A DNA stretch of 50,567 nucleotides, taken from contig CANRJN010000002.1 of NCBI GenBank assembly GCA_947630945.1, forward strand, positions 1 through 50,567. Direction: 5' to 3'. The first letter of the stretch is position 1. The number at the start of each line of letters is the position of its first letter. Positions 27,155 through 37,020 of the stretch are shown in pieces. The translations under genes and the position numbers were made by a program. Source of the stretch: an uncultured Bacilli bacterium. Lineage in GTDB: Bacteria > Bacillota_I > Bacilli_A > RF39 > UBA660. Under the pieces are notes generated by a model that worked only from the letters and a program-made list of their open reading frames with translations, was not told the DNA's origin and made no database searches.

Positions 27155-29584
27155 TTATTTTTCAAGTATAGCATCTATTGGTTTTTGTTTACTTATTTTT
27201 CTTGTATTTGAACTTGATATTAATATTGATGTCGCGAGTGCAAATATGAATATAAATACTATAACTAATGGACTTAATACAATTGCATTAAATTTAAGTT
27301 CTGTATGTTCAACTAAATATATTACAAGTAATTTATTTACAATTAACCATAAAATAATAGAGAATATTGAAGAAATAATACCTATTGCTATTGACTCCAT
27401 ACTAAATATTCTTGTTATATCATTTGAAGATGCCCCAAGACCTCTTAATACACCTATTTCTTTTTTACTATCATTAATCGATAATGATATAAAGTTTGAA
27501 AATAATAAGAAACCAAATGTAAAGAATATTAGTGATATTATTAAAATTGGTAAATTAAGAAATCTATAAAGGAAAGAAACAAATCCTATTTCTTCATTCA
27601 TATATTCTAATTTATATACATATATTGGTTCATTTGTATCTTGTAATTCATCTTCATATTCATTAAGAAATGTTAAATTTGAAAATGATTTTTTCATATT
27701 TTTATAATTATCATCATATATTAAAAGTGAGTTAACTTCTTTATCTTTATATTTTATTATATCTTTATATATTGAACCTATATAGTTATTGTCATCTAGT
27801 GTTATTCCAACTATTTTAATGGTTTTATCATCAGGTCCATCAATTGAAAAATATTGATAGTAGAATTCTATATTTTTATATAATGGTGTATCTTCTAAAT
27901 ATTTAACAGAGAAATTTATTAAAGATTCATTATAATCACTAGTATTATCATAATAATCCATAAATTTATTATCAAAGTCTTTATATAAATTTCTAAGTGT
28001 GTTAGGTGATACGACTATTTGTCCTTCTTCTAAATCATTTATTTTTTTAATCCCATCACTTGTCATTATATCTATTTCATTTTCAAGAAATTTTATTTTT
28101 TTGATGTCTTCATAATTATTATTAGAATTATTGTAAGCATCTTTTGCACGTAAAAATACTTTATTCATAAGATTATCATTATCTTGATTTAATATTACAT
28201 TATCAACAAAGCCTTTTGTGTAAGCGTATGAACCACCACTCATGATTCCAACAATAGTTATTATATTATCTCCAAATTTTATTTTTTTATTTGATGAAAC
28301 TAATTCTTCATAGTCTTTTGGAAAATACTTTTCTCCACTTTCTAATATAATTCCATATTTAACAATATCATAAGCAACATATCCAGGTATTACTATTTCA
28401 TTAGGTGAAGATGGCTTCCTTCCTATAATATTATCAAATATTTTATCATCTTGAACATCTACTATACCATGTATAAAAGTATTATTTATATCACTATTTG
28501 TATTTTCATCTGGTCTTGCAAGTCTAAGAAATCCAAACATGAACCCATTATCATATAAAGTATATATTTTATTTATTTTTGATGTAATTAAATTTTCTAC
28601 ATTTTTATAGTCCTCTTCTTGGAAATTAAATCTAGGAAAATTACTATTTTCATCTGCATGTGATTCTACTTTTAGAATTTCATATGTATGTGAATTATTA
28701 TCTTTAACAGTTCGCATTATTAAAGGAAGTTCATTAAATAATGAAAAATTCATACCAATAGCAAGAAACATGAAGGCTATTGATATTACAAGTATTGATA
28801 AAAATAATTTTGATGGTTTACTTTTAAAATTTTTAAAAGCCATATTGAATGCATACTTAAATGGTAATTTTGATTTTTTTAATTCTAAATTATTAGATTC
28901 ACTATTATATGTAACTCCATTATCATACTCTATTTGACCATCTTTTATTCCTATTATTCTATCTGCATAATTTCTTGCAGACTCCCTATCATGTGATACC
29001 ACTATTACTAGTCTTTCTTTACTAATACTTTTTAATATTTGAAATATTTGTGCACTAGATACACTATCTAAATTACCTGTTGGCTCATCTGCTAAAATTA
29101 TTTGTGGTTTTTTAATTAAGGCTCTTGCTATTGCTACTCTTTGTTTTTGTCCACCAGATAATTCATTCATTTTTCTATTTTCTAAGTCTTTCATTCCTAA
29201 ATCTTCAAGTAATTTTAATATTTCTTCTCTATTTCCTTTTTCACCTTGTAATTCTTTTGCTAATTCTATATTTTCATATACATTATATTTTTCTAAAACA
29301 TTAAATTCTTGAAAGACAAAACCGACACATGTATTTCTATATGCATCATAATCTTTTTCTTTAAAATCATTTGTATTTTTTACATTTACAATATAGTTAC
29401 CACTTGTTTGTCTGTCAAGTCCACCTAATATATTAAGTAATGTACTTTTTCCACTTCCACTTTTTCCTAAAATAAAGACAAGTCCCTTACTTCCTATTTT
29501 CAAATTAATATTATTTATCGCGGTAGTTTTATTTCCACTAGTGTTTTCTTCATATATTTTAGTTATATTTTCTAGTTCTATCAC
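27155..29584 (-). CDS. ABC ATPase fused to a FtsX-type permease (MacB-like), paralog 2
   Basis: Same architecture as paralog 1. GTG start, preceded by AGGTG. The C-terminal FtsX motif is GVLRGLGA. Confidence 0.85.
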   Translation of the reverse strand: MIELENITKIYEENTSGNKTTAINNINLKIGSKGLVFILGKSGSGKSTLLNILGGLDRQTSGNYIVNVKNTNDFKEKDYDAYRNTCVGFVFQEFNVLEKYNVYENIELAKELQGEKGNREEILKLLEDLGMKDLENRKMNELSGGQKQRVAIARALIKKPQIILADEPTGNLDSVSSAQIFQILKSISKERLVIVVSHDRESARNYADRIIGIKDGQIEYDNGVTYNSESNNLELKKSKLPFKYAFNMAFKNFKSKPSKLFLSILVISIAFMFLAIGMNFSLFNELPLIMRTVKDNNSHTYEILKVESHADENSNFPRFNFQEEDYKNVENLITSKINKIYTLYDNGFMFGFLRLARPDENTNSDINNTFIHGIVDVQDDKIFDNIIGRKPSSPNEIVIPGYVAYDIVKYGIILESGEKYFPKDYEELVSSNKKIKFGDNIITIVGIMSGGSYAYTKGFVDNVILNQDNDNLMNKVFLRAKDAYNNSNNNYEDIKKIKFLENEIDIMTSDGIKKINDLEEGQIVVSPNTLRNLYKDFDNKFMDYYDNTSDYNESLINFSVKYLEDTPLYKNIEFYYQYFSIDGPDDKTIKIVGITLDDNNYIGSIYKDIIKYKDKEVNSLLIYDDNYKNMKKSFSNLTFLNEYEDELQDTNEPIYVYKLEYMNEEIGFVSFLYRFLNLPILIISLIFFTFGFLLFSNFISLSINDSKKEIGVLRGLGASSNDITRIFSMESIAIGIISSIFSIILWLIVNKLLVIYLVEHTELKFNAIVLSPLVIVFIFIFALATSILISSSNTRKISKQKPIDAILEK
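28840..29503. repeat. near-identical segment shared with 26402-27062
   Basis: See the partner repeat. Only 3 amino-acid differences occur across about 210 residues (T/R, G/V, N/S). Confidence 0.8.
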
Positions 29585-29685
29585 ATTTACACCTACCCTA
29601 TACTAATATGATTATATCACAAAAGTATATATATATATATTAAAAAACATTTTTGAAATAATTAATCAATTATTATTTTTTAAAA

Positions 29686-30381
29686 TTATTTTATTTCAAA
29701 TTCAACTGATGAATTAATTTCATAACTATGATTATTATTTTTAAGGAAATTACGAATTATTCTATATCTACCATTTGGTAATTCACCATATATGTTGCTC
29801 CAATCAAGTTTTTCTTCAATTTGTTGATTTGGTCTAAATCCATATGCCATCATTGTACCTGACATTACTCTCATAAGATTCCATTTATTATTTTCATAGT
29901 GTTCAACATAATAAATAGCGCCATAATAAAATTTACTATTTGTATTATTTTTCATAATTAAAGTTAAACCTGTTTTTGTAAGTGAATTATCTTTTATACT
30001 CAATGAAATTATATTATTACTTGTTCTAAATTCTGATCCAATATCTTTATTATCATCATATGTAGGACAATCAAATTTATTAAATTTAAATTGCCAATCT
30101 ACACTAATTGTATCTTTATTCATTTCACAGTAATAAGTATCCATAAGTAGTCCTTTATTAACATAACTATTATCTTTAAGTTCTTTCTTTATACTAAAAA
30201 ATGGACTATTTTTTAAAATTCTTGCTTGAAGTGTATCTATTAAAATTATTAATATGATTAAAGGTATAATAATTATAAAAATTCTTTTAATTGTTTTTTT
30301 ATTTGTATCTTTTTCTTTTATTTCTTCTTTTACAGTTTTTTTATCTTTTGATTTATTTACTTTTTCCTTCTTATTTTCCAT
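29686..30381 (-). CDS. membrane-anchored hypothetical protein with an extracytoplasmic beta-rich domain
   Basis: K/E-rich N-terminus, one TM helix (IFIIIIPLIILIILI), then about 170 aa ending in LPNGRYRIIRNF, which is typical of small Ig-like sandwich domains. No catalytic motif. Confidence 0.6.
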   Translation of the reverse strand: MENKKEKVNKSKDKKTVKEEIKEKDTNKKTIKRIFIIIIPLIILIILIDTLQARILKNSPFFSIKKELKDNSYVNKGLLMDTYYCEMNKDTISVDWQFKFNKFDCPTYDDNKDIGSEFRTSNNIISLSIKDNSLTKTGLTLIMKNNTNSKFYYGAIYYVEHYENNKWNLMRVMSGTMMAYGFRPNQQIEEKLDWSNIYGELPNGRYRIIRNFLKNNNHSYEINSSVEFEIK

Positions 30382-30454
30382 AGTATCCTCCTATAACATA
30401 ATATAATAAAATATAATAAAAGTAAATCACTAAAAATAATGATTTACTTATTAA

Positions 30455-31147
30455 TTATTTTCTATGACGAGATAATACCATTTGTGTTCTTGCTTTTGCA
30501 AAATCATAATCAGTAAGAGTATAATCAATAGGATTTGTATTAGAATCTTGTAATGGTAATATTATATGATCTAACATTATAATATCTTTATCATTATGTA
30601 TAATTACATAATTATCTGTTTTATATACATTTGTATGTACAAAATTAAATTCATGTTTTGGGTTTTTAAACATTAACATTTTAGATAAATCTTCTGGATT
30701 TTTACTTTTACATATTGTAATTACATCATCTCTTTTATCGTATAATTTTTTATTTGGAACTTCAAATCCATATGTTTTTAGCATATAAAGTAAAAATGGT
30801 TTTCTTTGCTTCCTATTTAATCCTAAAAAATCAAATCCATTATTTAAACATAAATCTATCCATGCTGATATTAATAATGATGCAATATTTAAATTTCTAA
30901 ATTCATCTAATACTTTAACACCAACAAAATTACTTGTTTTATTTTCATAATCAAGATAAAAATAAATATAACCTTGTGGTACTAATTCACCATTAATTCT
31001 AGTATATGCTCTTATATAAAATTTAGGTTTATTAGATCCATCATCAATAGATTTTTTAATATATAATTCATGACTATAATCACCTGAATAATAATCAGTT
31101 GAATATAATACTTTTTTATCTTCTTCTAAATTTCTAAAATCAAACAT
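30455..31147 (-). CDS. hypothetical protein (a weak GNAT-like core is possible)
   Basis: 230-aa ORF. The segment VGVKVLDEFRNLNIASLLISAWIDLCLNNGF loosely resembles GNAT motif A. This is not sufficient for assignment. Confidence 0.55.
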   Translation of the reverse strand: MFDFRNLEEDKKVLYSTDYYSGDYSHELYIKKSIDDGSNKPKFYIRAYTRINGELVPQGYIYFYLDYENKTSNFVGVKVLDEFRNLNIASLLISAWIDLCLNNGFDFLGLNRKQRKPFLLYMLKTYGFEVPNKKLYDKRDDVITICKSKNPEDLSKMLMFKNPKHEFNFVHTNVYKTDNYVIIHNDKDIIMLDHIILPLQDSNTNPIDYTLTDYDFAKARTQMVLSRHRK

Positions 31148-31243
31148 ATTAAAAACCCCCTTCTAAAATATGTACTCTTCTAAAAATCTTTTAAATTATA
31201 CCATAAAATCGATAAAATGTCAAAATTTACATTCAAAATATAA

Positions 31244-31280
31244 TACAAAAAGACATATAAACAATAATCATATGTCTTTT
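31244..31280 (-). terminator. rho-independent terminator after parC
   Basis: 10-bp stem aaagacatat/atatgtcttt (31249-31258 and 31270-31279), followed on the minus strand by TTTTTGT. Confidence 0.7.
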
Positions 31281-31290
31281 AAAGATTCCA

Positions 31291-33897
31291 TTATATTTTA
31301 AATTCTTCAAAGAAATCACTCATTGTAAGTTGCTTTTCTTGCTTAACTTCTTCCTTTTTTTCTTTTTTATTTTCAGTTTTGTTTTCCTTTTTTATTTCTT
31401 TTGTGTTTTCTTTTGTACTCTCTTTTGGACTTTCTTTTGCATCATCATCATTATTACTTTCTTTTATATTATCCACTTTTTCTTCTTGTGTAATATCAGT
31501 AAGTCTTGTAACAACAAATACATCTTCTACATTCTTTTTTGTATATGTATTTCCTGTTGATGTTTTATCTAAAATACTAATATCACTAGACTTTAAATAT
31601 CCAATTGTTTTATCTAATATACCAAATATACTTTTACTTCCAACATTAAATGCTTTAATAATTGTATAAGATTTAGATTTTGGACTTTTTATAATTAATG
31701 AACCTTTTTTTGCTCTTGATGTTAAATCTATATCATTAATATGTATTCTTTTAGCAGTATTTCTATCTGTAAATATACTTACATATTCTTTAAGTTCACT
31801 TACTACAAAACCACTTACTACTTCACTCTTTGCATTTAATTTCATTGATTTAACACCACTAGTTTTAAGTCCTAATACAGGTATCTCATCAGATGCATAT
31901 TTAAGAGCATATCCATCTTTACTAATAATTAATACATTTTCACCCATAGTTCTACTAACACTAACAAGTTCATCATTATCTTTTAATTTAATACACGCGA
32001 TTGGTTTAGTATAACGAGATACTTCAAATAAATTAAGAGGAACTCTTTTTACCATACCATTTTTAGTAAATAAAGTAACTAGTGAATCATCAAAATTCTT
32101 AACAGCAATAGATTTAATAATTTTTTCTCCATCACTTACCTTAATTAAATTAGAGATATGAGTACCAACATCTTTAAATTTTGCTTCTGCGATTTCTCTT
32201 ACAGGGACATATAAATAATTACCTAAATTAGTAAACAACAATATTGTATCTAAGTTATTTACTTTATATAACCCTTCAATATAATCTCCCTCTTTAACAG
32301 CAGGATACTCATTTTCATTAGCACTAAACATTTTAATAGAATGCTTTTTAACATAACCAATTGATGATATACAAACTATAAAATCATCTTTACTAACCAT
32401 ATCAAGTTCATCTATTTTAATTTCAGTTATTTCATCTTTAATAACAGTTTTTCTATCTTCTGCATATTTTTTCTTGATTTCTCTAAGTTCACTTTTCATA
32501 ACATTTTTAAGTTCATTTTCATCATTTAAAATATGTTCACATTCTTTAATTAATTCTTTTAATTCTTCACTTCTTTTTTCAAGTACTACAACATCTGTAT
32601 TAGTAAGTTTATATAATTGTAACATTACAATTGCTTCTGCTTGATCTTCTGTAAATTTATATTTATCAACTAAATTATATTTAGCATCAACTTTATTTTT
32701 ACTTGCTCTAATTGTTTTAATTACATCATCTAAAATAGAAATTGCTTTAATAAGTCCAGATACAATATTAAATTCTTTTTGATAAGCAGCAAGATCAAAC
32801 TCAGTTCTTTTAGTAATAACTTCTCTAAAATGTTCAATATAAGCATCTATAATTGGAATAATACCAAGTGTTTTAGGAGTTCTATTAACAATTGCTACCA
32901 TATTATAATTGTATGATACTTGTAAATCTGTGTTTTTAAGTAAGTAATTTAGAACAAGTTCTTTATTAGCACCACTTTTTAAGTCGATTGCAATTCTAAG
33001 GCCTTCTCTATCTGTTTCATCTCTTACTTCTGCTATTCCATCAATTTTTTTATCAATTCTTAGTGAATCTATTTTTTGTACAAGTAAGGCTTTATTAACT
33101 TCAAAAGGGATTTCACTAATTATTATTTGTTCTTTACCTTTTTCTTTTTTAAATTCAGTTTTACTTTTTACAATTATTTTACCTTTACCTGTCGTAAAGG
33201 CATCAATAATTCCTTCTTTTCCTTCAACTATTCCACCTGTTGGAAAATCTGGACCTTTTACTATTTCTAATATAGTTTCAAGTCTACAATTAGGTGAATC
33301 TATTCTTTTAATAGTAGCATCAATTATTTCACCTAAATTATGAGGTGGAATATTTGTTGCATATCCAGCACTTATACCATTTGATCCATTTACAAGTAAG
33401 TTTGGAAATTTAGATGGTAAAACAGTTGGTTCTAAAAATCTATCATCAAAATTTGGTGCCCATTTTACAGTATTCTTTTCAAGGTCTCCAAGTAACTCTT
33501 CACTTATATGAGCAAGTCTTGCTTCTGTATAACGGTACGCTGCGGCTTGATCACCATCCATAGAACCATTATTACCGTGAATATCAATTAGTATAGTATT
33601 TTGTTTCCACCACTGACTCATTCTAACCATAGCATCATAAACGCTTGAATCTCCATGTGGGTGGAATTTACCTAAAACATCTCCTACTGTTGCTGCACAT
33701 TTTATATATCCTTTATCCCAAGTGTTGCCTGCTTTATACATTGCATATAAAATTCTTCTTTGAACAGGTTTTAGTCCATCTCTAACATCTGGTATTGCTC
33801 TATCTAAAATAATTTCTTTTGCATATTTTCCAAATCTATCACCCATTATTTCTTCTAGTGCAAAATCTTGAATTCTTTTTAATATATCGTTTTTCAT
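31291..33897 (-). CDS. parC: DNA topoisomerase IV subunit A with a K/E-rich C-terminal tail
   Basis: RAIPDVRDGLKPVQRRILYAM (the ParC-type VQRRILY), FHPHGDSSVYDAM, and the active-site region AAYRYTEARL. It is paired with a ParE-type gene immediately upstream. Confidence 0.9.
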   Translation of the reverse strand: MKNDILKRIQDFALEEIMGDRFGKYAKEIILDRAIPDVRDGLKPVQRRILYAMYKAGNTWDKGYIKCAATVGDVLGKFHPHGDSSVYDAMVRMSQWWKQNTILIDIHGNNGSMDGDQAAAYRYTEARLAHISEELLGDLEKNTVKWAPNFDDRFLEPTVLPSKFPNLLVNGSNGISAGYATNIPPHNLGEIIDATIKRIDSPNCRLETILEIVKGPDFPTGGIVEGKEGIIDAFTTGKGKIIVKSKTEFKKEKGKEQIIISEIPFEVNKALLVQKIDSLRIDKKIDGIAEVRDETDREGLRIAIDLKSGANKELVLNYLLKNTDLQVSYNYNMVAIVNRTPKTLGIIPIIDAYIEHFREVITKRTEFDLAAYQKEFNIVSGLIKAISILDDVIKTIRASKNKVDAKYNLVDKYKFTEDQAEAIVMLQLYKLTNTDVVVLEKRSEELKELIKECEHILNDENELKNVMKSELREIKKKYAEDRKTVIKDEITEIKIDELDMVSKDDFIVCISSIGYVKKHSIKMFSANENEYPAVKEGDYIEGLYKVNNLDTILLFTNLGNYLYVPVREIAEAKFKDVGTHISNLIKVSDGEKIIKSIAVKNFDDSLVTLFTKNGMVKRVPLNLFEVSRYTKPIACIKLKDNDELVSVSRTMGENVLIISKDGYALKYASDEIPVLGLKTSGVKSMKLNAKSEVVSGFVVSELKEYVSIFTDRNTAKRIHINDIDLTSRAKKGSLIIKSPKSKSYTIIKAFNVGSKSIFGILDKTIGYLKSSDISILDKTSTGNTYTKKNVEDVFVVTRLTDITQEEKVDNIKESNNDDDAKESPKESTKENTKEIKKENKTENKKEKKEEVKQEKQLTMSDFFEEFKI

Positions 33898-33907
33898 ATT
33901 TCACCTA

Positions 33908-35809
33908 CTAATTTCTATAATCATCTTCCATTGTAAATTCAACATTTTCATTAATCCATTCTTTTCTAGGATCAACTTTATCACCCATAAGAACACTTAC
34001 TCTTTTTTCTGCAAGCGCAGCATCTGTAATATTTACTCTAATTAAACTTCTAGTTTCAGGGTTCATTGTAGTTTCCCATAGTTGTTCTGGATTCATTTCA
34101 CCTAAACCTTTATATCTTTGAATAGAAGATTTACCTGTATTTTGTGATTTTATTTCATTTAATTCTTCATCTGTATAAGCATAGAATCTTTTCTTACCAT
34201 AATCTATTTTATATAGTGGAGGCAGTGCAATAAATAATTTTCCTGCTTCTATTAGTGGTCTCATATATCTATAAAAGAATGTTAATAAAAGTATTTGTAT
34301 GTGAGCACCATCAACATCGGCATCAGTCATTATAATTACTTTATCATAATTAGATTCTTTAACATCAAAACTTTGACCTACTCCTGCTCCAATTGTATAA
34401 ATCATTGTATTTATTTCTTCGTTTTTAAATAGTTCATCCATACTTGCTTTATCTGCATTTATAACTTTTCCACGAAGAGGCAGTATTGCTTGAAATTTTC
34501 TATCTCTTCCACCCTTAGCAGAACCACCGGCAGAGTTTCCTTCGACTAAAAATAACTCATTAATTTTAGGATTTTTACTTTGAGCAGGTGCTAGTTTTCC
34601 TGACAAGTTCTTTTCTATTTTACTTTTGTTTTTACCGTTTCTAGCATCCATTCTTGCTTTTCTTGCTGCTTCTCTTGCTATCTTACTTTTAAGTGCTTTA
34701 TCCATTATGGAAGATGCTGTTTCTTTATTTTCTTCTAAATAATAACTTAATTTTTCATATACAAGACTTTCAACTACATTTCTTGCTTGTGGAGTTCCAA
34801 GTTTTCCTTTTGTTTGACCTTCAAATTGAAGTAAACTTTCTGGTACTTTTAAACTAATAATTGCACTAAGTCCCTCTCTTGTATCACTACCATCTAGTGC
34901 ATCAGTTCCTTTTAATAAATTATTCTTTTTAACATAATCATTAAATACTTTTGTAAGACCTGTTTTAAATCCTACTTCATGAGTACCACCATCTATTGTT
35001 TTAACATTATTTACAAATGACATTATATTTTCATTATAACTATCTGTATATTGAAGTGCTATATCTACAACTATACCATTTTTTTCTCCATTAAAACTTA
35101 TTACTTTATGTAATGGTTCTTTTCCTTCATTTATATATTCTACAAAAGATACAAGACCATTTTCATAATAGAATACACTTTGTTTTTCATCTTCTTCATC
35201 AATAACTTCCATAGTAAGTCCATTGATTAAAAAAGCACTTTCTTGCATTCTTTCACATATAGTTGTATAACTAAATTTTGCAGTTCCAAATATTTCCTCA
35301 TCTGGATAAAATTCAACAGTTGTACCTGTTTGTTTAGTAGTACCAATTTCAGTAAGTGGTGTGTCTACTTTACCACCATCTTTGAATGATATTTCATTTA
35401 TTTTACCATCTCTATAAATTGTTACTTTCATCCATTTTGATAAGGCATTAACAACAGAAGAACCAACTCCATGAAGTCCACCAGATACTTTATATCCTGA
35501 ATTTTCAAATTTTCCACCAGCATGAAGCACAGTAAAAATAACTTCTGGTGTTGATTTACCAGAAGGATGTTTACCTGTTGGTACTCCACGACCTTCATCT
35601 TTTACAATAACACTACCTTTTTTAGTAAGAGTTACTGTTATTTTATTACCATATCCATTTATTGCTTCATCTATTGCATTATCAACAATTTCCCATACTA
35701 AATGATGAAGTCCTCTTTTATCAGTAGAACCAATGTACATACCTGGTCTTTTTCTTACTGCTTCAAGACCTTCTAATATTTTTATTGATTTTTCATTATA
35801 TTCTGCCAT
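33908..35809 (-). CDS. parE: DNA topoisomerase IV subunit B
   Basis: ILEGLEAVRKRPGMYIGST, GHKL ATPase motifs (VDNAIDE, LHGVG), Toprim LVEGNSAGG and PLRGK. The ParE versus GyrB call rests on its pairing with the parC-type partner. Confidence 0.88.
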   Translation of the reverse strand: MAEYNEKSIKILEGLEAVRKRPGMYIGSTDKRGLHHLVWEIVDNAIDEAINGYGNKITVTLTKKGSVIVKDEGRGVPTGKHPSGKSTPEVIFTVLHAGGKFENSGYKVSGGLHGVGSSVVNALSKWMKVTIYRDGKINEISFKDGGKVDTPLTEIGTTKQTGTTVEFYPDEEIFGTAKFSYTTICERMQESAFLINGLTMEVIDEEDEKQSVFYYENGLVSFVEYINEGKEPLHKVISFNGEKNGIVVDIALQYTDSYNENIMSFVNNVKTIDGGTHEVGFKTGLTKVFNDYVKKNNLLKGTDALDGSDTREGLSAIISLKVPESLLQFEGQTKGKLGTPQARNVVESLVYEKLSYYLEENKETASSIMDKALKSKIAREAARKARMDARNGKNKSKIEKNLSGKLAPAQSKNPKINELFLVEGNSAGGSAKGGRDRKFQAILPLRGKVINADKASMDELFKNEEINTMIYTIGAGVGQSFDVKESNYDKVIIMTDADVDGAHIQILLLTFFYRYMRPLIEAGKLFIALPPLYKIDYGKKRFYAYTDEELNEIKSQNTGKSSIQRYKGLGEMNPEQLWETTMNPETRSLIRVNITDAALAEKRVSVLMGDKVDPRKEWINENVEFTMEDDYRN

Positions 35810-35844
35810 CTTTTCACCTTATCTTCTTTACTAATTATACAAGA

Positions 35845-35878
35845 AAAAACAAAAAGTGTAAACATTACTTTACACTTT
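35845..35878 (-). terminator. rho-independent terminator after the DUF5684-like gene
   Basis: 9-bp stem aagtgtaaa/tttacactt (35854-35862 and 35869-35877), followed on the minus strand by TTTTTGTTTTTT. Confidence 0.7.
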
Positions 35879-36612
35879 TACAAGTCAAGCATTTCTATTT
35901 TCTGTTCTTTCTTTTCACCATTTTGTTCTTTCATTTCATTTTCGCTTTTCAATAGTTCTTCAATACTCATTCCAGGCTTGCCATCATCTCTATTTGGAGT
36001 ATATGCTTCTTCTACATATGTTGGCTTATTTACAGAATCAATATTGTTATTTGCTAATATATCTATCTTACTTGCTTTATATTTCTCAGGTGGTTCCATC
36101 ATATCATATTCACTTTTAAATATAGAATCTATTGTACTTTGTGCTTCTTCTTCATTTATAAACATATTTTGTGGTGTGGGATTTTCATTAGTCATTAATG
36201 TTGCTTTTCCACCTCTTGCATTATCAAGTGCTTTAAAGTATTCTTCATCACTTACTTTATATTGTTTATTACTAAAACAAAGCATTGGATAAAAAATTAT
36301 AGGTAAAAGTATTAGTCCTAGTTTATATCCTGTACTACAATTAAAAACTACACCTAATTTATATGACATTAACACTAATACTATTAAATTAATAACAGGA
36401 ATAAAAAATAATATTCCAAAAAATGTTGATACATCTACAATTTCTAACATTGTAAATAAATTTAAAATAGGATAAAAAGCAGTTTTTTCACCTTTTGATG
36501 CTTTTCTAAATAACTTATTGCCACCTATCATTATAAGTAGAGATCTACCTAATGATAGTAACCATATCATTATTACTATTCTAAGTATTAATTTTGAAGT
36601 AGTAATTGACAT
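35878..36612 (-). CDS. DUF5684-like membrane protein with an acidic C-terminal tail
   Basis: Multi-TM N-terminal half with the pattern ...LF.KA.....A.IPI.N.......V... that is typical of that family. Family assignment is from memory only. Confidence 0.55.
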   Translation of the reverse strand: MSITTSKLILRIVIMIWLLSLGRSLLIMIGGNKLFRKASKGEKTAFYPILNLFTMLEIVDVSTFFGILFFIPVINLIVLVLMSYKLGVVFNCSTGYKLGLILLPIIFYPMLCFSNKQYKVSDEEYFKALDNARGGKATLMTNENPTPQNMFINEEEAQSTIDSIFKSEYDMMEPPEKYKASKIDILANNNIDSVNKPTYVEEAYTPNRDDGKPGMSIEELLKSENEMKEQNGEKKEQKIEMLDL

Positions 36613-36726
36613 AAGTTTTCCCTCCTATTCTCATAATAATGATACTATATTTATGCATTTTTTGCAATTATTTTAATAAAATGTTAGTAAAATGTTAATT
36701 TTTTCATGGTTTTTATTAAAAAATGG

Positions 36727-36755
36727 TTGCAAATTACATAAAAATATTATAAAAT
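36727..36755 (+). promoter_or_regulatory. candidate promoter of the tRNA-Ile/tRNA-Glu pair
   Basis: TTGCAA (36727-36732), 17 nt, then TAAAAT (36750-36755). The -10 choice is ambiguous in the AT-rich context. Confidence 0.35.
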
Positions 36756-36783
36756 GATAAAGAAACCGAGAAAAAGGCTTTAT

Positions 36784-36860
36784 GGGCTTGTAGCTCAGTT
36801 GGTTAGAGCGTTCGTCTGATAAGCGAAAGGTCGATGGTTCAAGTCCATTCAGGCCCACCA
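36784..36860 (+). tRNA. tRNA-Ile (anticodon GAT), CCA encoded
   Basis: GGGCTTGTAGCTCAGTTGGTTAGAGC... The anticodon loop is CTGATAA, the T-arm is GGTTCAAGTCC, and the acceptor 3' end is CAGGCCCACCA. Confidence 0.95.
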
Positions 36861-36865
36861 TATAC

Positions 36866-36941
36866 GGCCCGTTGGTGAAACGGTTAACACACACGCCTTT
36901 CACGCGTGCATTTATGGGTTCAAATCCCGTACGGGTCACCA
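36866..36941 (+). tRNA. tRNA-Glu (anticodon TTC), CCA encoded
   Basis: GGCCCGTTGGTGAAACGGTTAACAC... The anticodon arm is CACGC-CTTTCAC-GCGTG, the T-arm is GGGTTCAAATCCC, and the 3' end is ACGGGTCACCA. Confidence 0.95.
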
Positions 36942-36952
36942 TATGTGTTTGT

Positions 36953-36977
36953 AAACTCCTTATTAAGGAGTTTTTTT
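36953..36977 (+). terminator. rho-independent terminator of the tRNA pair
   Basis: 9-bp stem aaactcctt/aaggagttt with a 3-nt loop, followed by a T-run through 36977. Confidence 0.75.
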
Positions 36978-36992
36978 GTGGATAAAATGTTT

Positions 36993-37020
36993 TTAAAAAA
37001 GATGTATACATTAATACATC
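36993..37020 (-). terminator. candidate terminator overlapping the stop of the 130-aa gene
   Basis: Stem gatgtat/atacatc (37001-37007 and 37014-37020), followed on the minus strand by TTTTTT. Confidence 0.5.

Noticed and set aside
36673-37011. 112-aa minus-strand ORF.
   Set aside because: It runs antisense straight through the tRNA-Ile and tRNA-Glu genes and their terminator. It is an artefact of the GC-rich tRNA sequence.
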